Of a stretch of 64,000 bases of DNA, positions 60,338 to 64,000 are shown piece by piece; position 1 is the stretch's first letter, and the number at the start of each line of letters is the position of its first letter. The position numbers and the translations under genes were made by a program. The stretch covers positions 75,653 through 139,652 of the forward strand of contig CAWBKW010000003.1 in the NCBI GenBank assembly GCA_963789515.1, written 5' to 3'. A model generated the notes under the pieces. The model made no database searches and was not told the DNA's origin. It saw only the letters and a program-made list of their open reading frames with translations. The stretch is from an uncultured Coriobacteriia bacterium (GTDB lineage Bacteria; Actinomycetota; Coriobacteriia; Anaerosomatales; JAAXUF01).

Positions 60338-61953
60338 CTAGAGAACCGCATCCGGGTCCGGCCCCGCGGCCAATACCTCGGGCGATACATCCGCGGCGTA
60401 CTGCTCGAAGTTGTCGCGGAACAGGGCGGCAAGCGAGCGGGCTGATGCGTCGTAGGCGGCAGGGTCGGCCCATGCGATTCGCGGGTCGAGAACGTCGGCC
60501 GCCGCGACGCTGCACTCATGTGGCACGAGTACCTTGAAGACGGGATGTGGCGTGAATCCGGACCGGGCAAGCGAGCCGTCCAGGGCGGCGCCGATCAGCG
60601 CCCGCGTGAGCTCGATGCTCATGCGCTCGCCGACTCCGTACGGCCCTCCGGACCAGCCGGTGTTCACCATCCAGCAGTCCGTCTCGTGCCAGCTCAACCG
60701 CTCGGCGAGCATGGTCGCGTAGCGCGAAGCCGGAAGCGGCATGAAGGGCGCCCCGAAGCAGGTGGAGAAGGTCGGCCGAGGCTCGTCGATGCCCACTTCC
60801 GTGCCCGCGACCCTGCTCGTGAAGCCCGACAGGAAGTGATAGCTCGCCATCTGAGGCGTGAGCTTGGAGATCGGGGGCAGCACGCCGAAGGCGTCGCACG
60901 CCAGGAAGAAGACGTTGCGCGGGTGGTCACCCACCCCGCCCAGTATGGCGCTCGGGATGTGCTCGATGGGGTAGGTGGCCCGCGTGTTCTCGGTGAGGAA
61001 GTCGGAGTCGTAGTCGATGGCCCGCGTCTGCGGGTCGACGATCACGTTCTCGAGGATGGAGCCGAACTTGATCGCGTTGTAGATCTGTGGCTCGTGCTCG
61101 GGCGAGAGGTTGATGGTCTTGGCGTAGCAACCCCCTTCGAAGTTGAAGATGCTGTGGTCGCTCCAGCCGTGCTCGTCGTCGCCGATGAGGCGGCGCGCCG
61201 GGTCGGCCGACAGCGTCGTCTTGCCCGTCCCCGACAGGCCGAAGAAGAGGGCCACATCGCCGGACCGCCCGATGTTGGCCGAGCAGTGCATCGGAAGCAC
61301 GTTGCGCTGCGGCAGGAGGTAGTTCATCACCGAGAAGATGGCCTTCTTCATTTCGCCGCCGTACATGCTCCCGAGGATAAGCACGAGCTTGCGGGTGAAG
61401 CTGATGCCGACGAAGACCGAGGTGCGGGTCCCGTCGAAGTCCGCGCTCGCGCGGAGGGCCCCGCAGTTGATCACGGTGAAGCCGGGGACGAAGTCCTCGA
61501 GCTCGATGGGCGTGGGCCGCACGAACAGCGTGTCGGCGAAGAGCGCGTGCCAGGTCGCGTCGGCGACCACCCGGACGGGTAGGCGGTAGGTGCGCTCGGC
61601 GCCGCGAAGCCGTCGAACACGTAGAGGTCGCGGTCGTGCAGGTAGCCGCGCGCCTTGTCGAGCAGCCGGTCGAAGAGCGCGGGTTTGCAGGGTTTGTTGA
61701 CGTCGCCCCAGCATATCTGCTCGGCGGCGGGGCCCTCCTCGACGATGACGCGGTCCTCCGGCGAGCGGCCCGACGGCTCGCCGGTCTTGACCACAAGCGC
61801 GCCGTTGGCCGCCAGGATGCCTTCGCCGCGGGCCAGGGAGCGCGCGATCAGTTCGGCCGGTGGCAGATTGCGGTGCACAGCGCCTCCGCCGGCGAGTCCG
61901 AGTTCGGCGAGCTGGGTGCGGATCACGTCGTCTGTGAGCGGGATGCTGTTCAT
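60338..61953 (-). pseudogene. pckA: phosphoenolpyruvate carboxykinase (ATP); one frame switch near 61600
   Basis: LFFGLSGTGKTTLS, LIGDDEHGW, CYAKTINLS, NTGWSGGPYGVG. N-terminus MNSIPLTDD is in ORF 61471..62022. Confidence 0.9.
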
Positions 61954-62458
61954 GTGGAACCCCCTCGAGTCGCCGCCGACCGCCGCGTTTCGCGTATGCC
62001 CGGTGGTCAGTACCGTACCCAAATCGGAGGCCGAAGGTTCGAGGGCCTGGTTGTCGAGGCTCTCCCGATCGTGTCGGGCTGCTTGGCGAGACTGGAATCG
62101 GGGTAAAACATCTACATAGGATCGGCTGCCAGCCCTGCGAGGCTACTAAGCCAGAAGTTCCCGGCGGCGGGACGATGCGCCGAGGGGACAACCGATCCGA
62201 GCATGAGAAGAGGCTCCGGCCCAGGACTCCGGGGCCTTTCCGTTGCCGCAGACGCTCAAGCCTGCTCGATTGCATGCCGACACAGCAGGGGAGGCCCCAT
62301 CGCCGCCACCCTCTGTCTGCTAAGACCCTGCAATGCTGACGATGGGGCTTCACTATGTCCGGTGGACGGGCCGGGCGCCGGACTTGCTGGTGCAGGATTT
62401 GCATCGCGAGAGCTGGATATGTTAGCTTGTGCGTCCGCCGTTTCGGCGAATCGAACAT

Positions 62459-62535
<77 letters not shown>

Positions 62536-62545
62536 AGACTTATCG

Positions 62546-62584
62546 CAGGTCAGACATGGTGAACGTGTCTGGCCTGTTTTGTTG
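62546..62584 (+). terminator. intrinsic terminator after tRNA-Met
   Basis: caggtcagaca-(9 nt)-tgtctggcctg followed by ttttgttg. Confidence 0.7.
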
Positions 62585-62590
62585 CCCGGT

Positions 62591-62635
62591 CGAGGTGCCC
62601 ATCGGGTTTTTCGACAAAACCCGATGGGCACCTCG
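62591..62635. repeat. perfect 20-bp inverted repeat with a 5-nt spacer
   Basis: cgaggtgcccatcgggtttt-tcgac-aaaacccgatgggcacctcg. Confidence 0.95.
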
Positions 62636-62850
62636 GTGTTCTGTCGCAATTCGGTCGAACATCCCACTCCTGGCGCGCGATGAACGCGCATGGGTTAGGG
62701 ACCGGATCTATACCCTGAACTGCGCAAATACCGGCGCGGGACCCCGGGCGAGAGTCCGCAGTTTGATCAGCCCGTCTGCAGAAAACACCACGTTCATAGC
62801 TAGGTAGAGTTGCGTTCGTTCTGAAGGAAGCATGATCCTCGGATGGAGCA

Positions 62851-63516
62851 TCATGAGGCCGAGCCCATCGTCCGTGCCCACTGCTCGAACAGATCCATAG
62901 GCATGGGATGGGCCGCCCCTGTGTGCCTCGTGACGACCCTCGTGTTCGGCGGACGGTGACGCGCGAGTCGCCTCCCGGCTAGGTCGATCGCGCGCACGGC
63001 CCCGACCGATGCCCGGCGACGGAGCACCTTTCGCAGCCCGTCCTCGAAAGCCTCGGCCTCATTGAGGATCCAACGTAAGAGCTGCTCAGGTGCCAAAGCA
63101 TCGTCCGGGTGGTTGACCCGTACCAGACCCGACAGACTCACATGTGGGCCTCCGAACCCAGTCCCTATGCGGTTGACGACGAGGAACGGGTCGCTCGCGT
63201 CCCACAGCGCGATGAACAGGTCAGCATCGATGAGCCGGTCGGGGGGCCATGTATCACGCTCGGCCAGCGCCACGTCAACGAGAGCCACCGAGAACGACAC
63301 GACCCCTTTGGCAATCCTGATCCTGAACGCGGGTGTGTCTCCAGTCTTCAATACATCAAACTGCCCGAATCGCCGGCGATCATCCCTGGACTCAGCGACC
63401 TGCGAGGAGCCCCGCACCTGGTACTCGAACCCAATGTGCGTTAAGCGCCATACCGAGCGAGAGGAAGGTCCGCAGGTCGTGGTCCCTAGGGCTGACAAGC
63501 CGTTTCTTGGACTCAC
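62851..63516 (-). CDS. hypothetical protein in the low-GC patch (may be the C-terminal part of a single frameshifted gene, 62851..63869)
   Basis: 221-aa ORF whose ATG overlaps the upstream stop (ATGA). No family recognised. Confidence 0.4.
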   Translation of the reverse strand: MSPRNGLSALGTTTCGPSSRSVWRLTHIGFEYQVRGSSQVAESRDDRRRFGQFDVLKTGDTPAFRIRIAKGVVSFSVALVDVALAERDTWPPDRLIDADLFIALWDASDPFLVVNRIGTGFGGPHVSLSGLVRVNHPDDALAPEQLLRWILNEAEAFEDGLRKVLRRRASVGAVRAIDLAGRRLARHRPPNTRVVTRHTGAAHPMPMDLFEQWARTMGSAS

Positions 63517-63869
63517 GCATCTGTTGTCCGATCCGGCGCGTCGCTTGGGACTGCGGACCCAACTGCAGCCTGGCCATCAGGGCCGTCAGGTACAAAGTGT
63601 TCTCCTCGCGTGCTGACTGGGAGTATCCCTGTGGGACGAAAAACGACGGTCTCGGACTCGAGAGATACATGGCATGTCTCCCAACCATTCAAGAGCCACG
63701 CCCTCGCGTGCGAATGACTGAAGTCGTTTGCCCAGAACGCGCGTCCCGTGCGGGCCGAGCGCGGAAGCTTGGCCCCGATGAACCGTTCAATGCCTTCGAA
63801 CCGGATTCGGAACTCTACGCGCCTGTACCGGCCCAGCACATTGGACAAGGATTCGTACTTACCTGACAT
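63513..63869 (-). CDS. hypothetical protein in the low-GC patch
   Basis: 118-aa ORF. AGGAG lies 11 nt upstream of ATG 63869. The N-terminal ~78 aa look protein-like; the tail is low complexity. Confidence 0.4.
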   Translation of the reverse strand: MSGKYESLSNVLGRYRRVEFRIRFEGIERFIGAKLPRSARTGRAFWANDFSHSHARAWLLNGWETCHVSLESETVVFRPTGILPVSTRGEHFVPDGPDGQAAVGSAVPSDAPDRTTDA

Positions 63870-64000
63870 TCAGATCGACTCCTAGGTTGGATCCGTCTCT
63901 CGAATGGGCCGAGCAATGGATTGCTGTCTGCACTCACCCTCATGTGCAATCCGTCTTGGATCTCCCACTCCCTCCGGTAGCGCCGGTCCACACCAGCATC

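Noticed and set aside
62360-62400. An AAGTCCGG motif on the minus strand, reminiscent of RNase P RNA CR-I.
   Set aside because: No GGGTGAAA, GGTAAG or ACAGAA.CCGGCTTA counterpart elements occur in the surrounding 400 nt.

Overview
This is a high-GC, Gram-positive-type chromosomal segment. Hand-counted 100-nt samples gave 71% G+C in the 2-oxoacid oxidoreductase alpha gene, against 56-57% in two accessory patches. Gene content points to an anaerobic high-GC monoderm, possibly Actinomycetota or Coriobacteriia-like (inference only): a four-subunit 2-oxoacid:ferredoxin oxidoreductase, an NfnAB-like pair, the UPF0210/ACT pair, and AbrB, Veg and SpoVG.

Layout:
- 0-30 kb: mixed metabolic, envelope and signalling genes, almost all intact. 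They include a multicopper oxidase, PPK2, an acyl-CoA synthetase, a CapA-like protein, the por/vor-type genes, a PASTA protein, ion and water channels, an HD-GYP-like protein with a HEAT-repeat partner, a ROK kinase, a DUF362 protein and tandem membrane paralogues.
- 29.8-42.8 kb: a housekeeping string in the same order as the Bacillus subtilis origin-proximal region (rsmI, abrB, metG, tatD, yabE-like, rsmA, veg, ispE, spoVG, glmU, prs, rplY, pth).
- 44-52 kb: an NfnAB-like pair, then a LytTR response regulator next to a surface-protein cluster that looks like a high-GC analogue of Firmicute Csc/WxL clusters.
- 52-62 kb: UPF0210/ACT, DUF951, an M23-like protein, PmbA/TldD, an NlpC/P60 hydrolase and pckA.
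- 62.5-64 kb: an initiator-type tRNA-Met followed by a low-GC patch of unknown genes that runs off the window.
- Three tRNAs were found (Phe-GAA, Gln-TTG, Met-CAT). No rRNA, CRISPR array, transposase or integrase was seen.

Major caveat: many genes, including essential ones, can only be read by switching frame repeatedly, while other long blocks are clean. I interpret this as patchy uncorrected indel error, so boundaries of disrupted genes are approximate. These genes are labelled pseudogene only in the as-sequenced sense.

Most interesting leads:
- the LytTR-linked Csc/WxL-like surface cluster with a NIDO/HYR/Fn3 giant protein;
- a kinase-less protein with PASTA repeats on both sides of its single TM helix;
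- a translationally coupled HEAT-repeat protein and degenerate YD-GYP protein that share an N-terminal module;
- an all-Cys CDG(S/T)C variant of the CDGSH iron-sulfur motif;
- the tRNA-Met-flanking low-GC patch with a perfect 20-bp inverted repeat.
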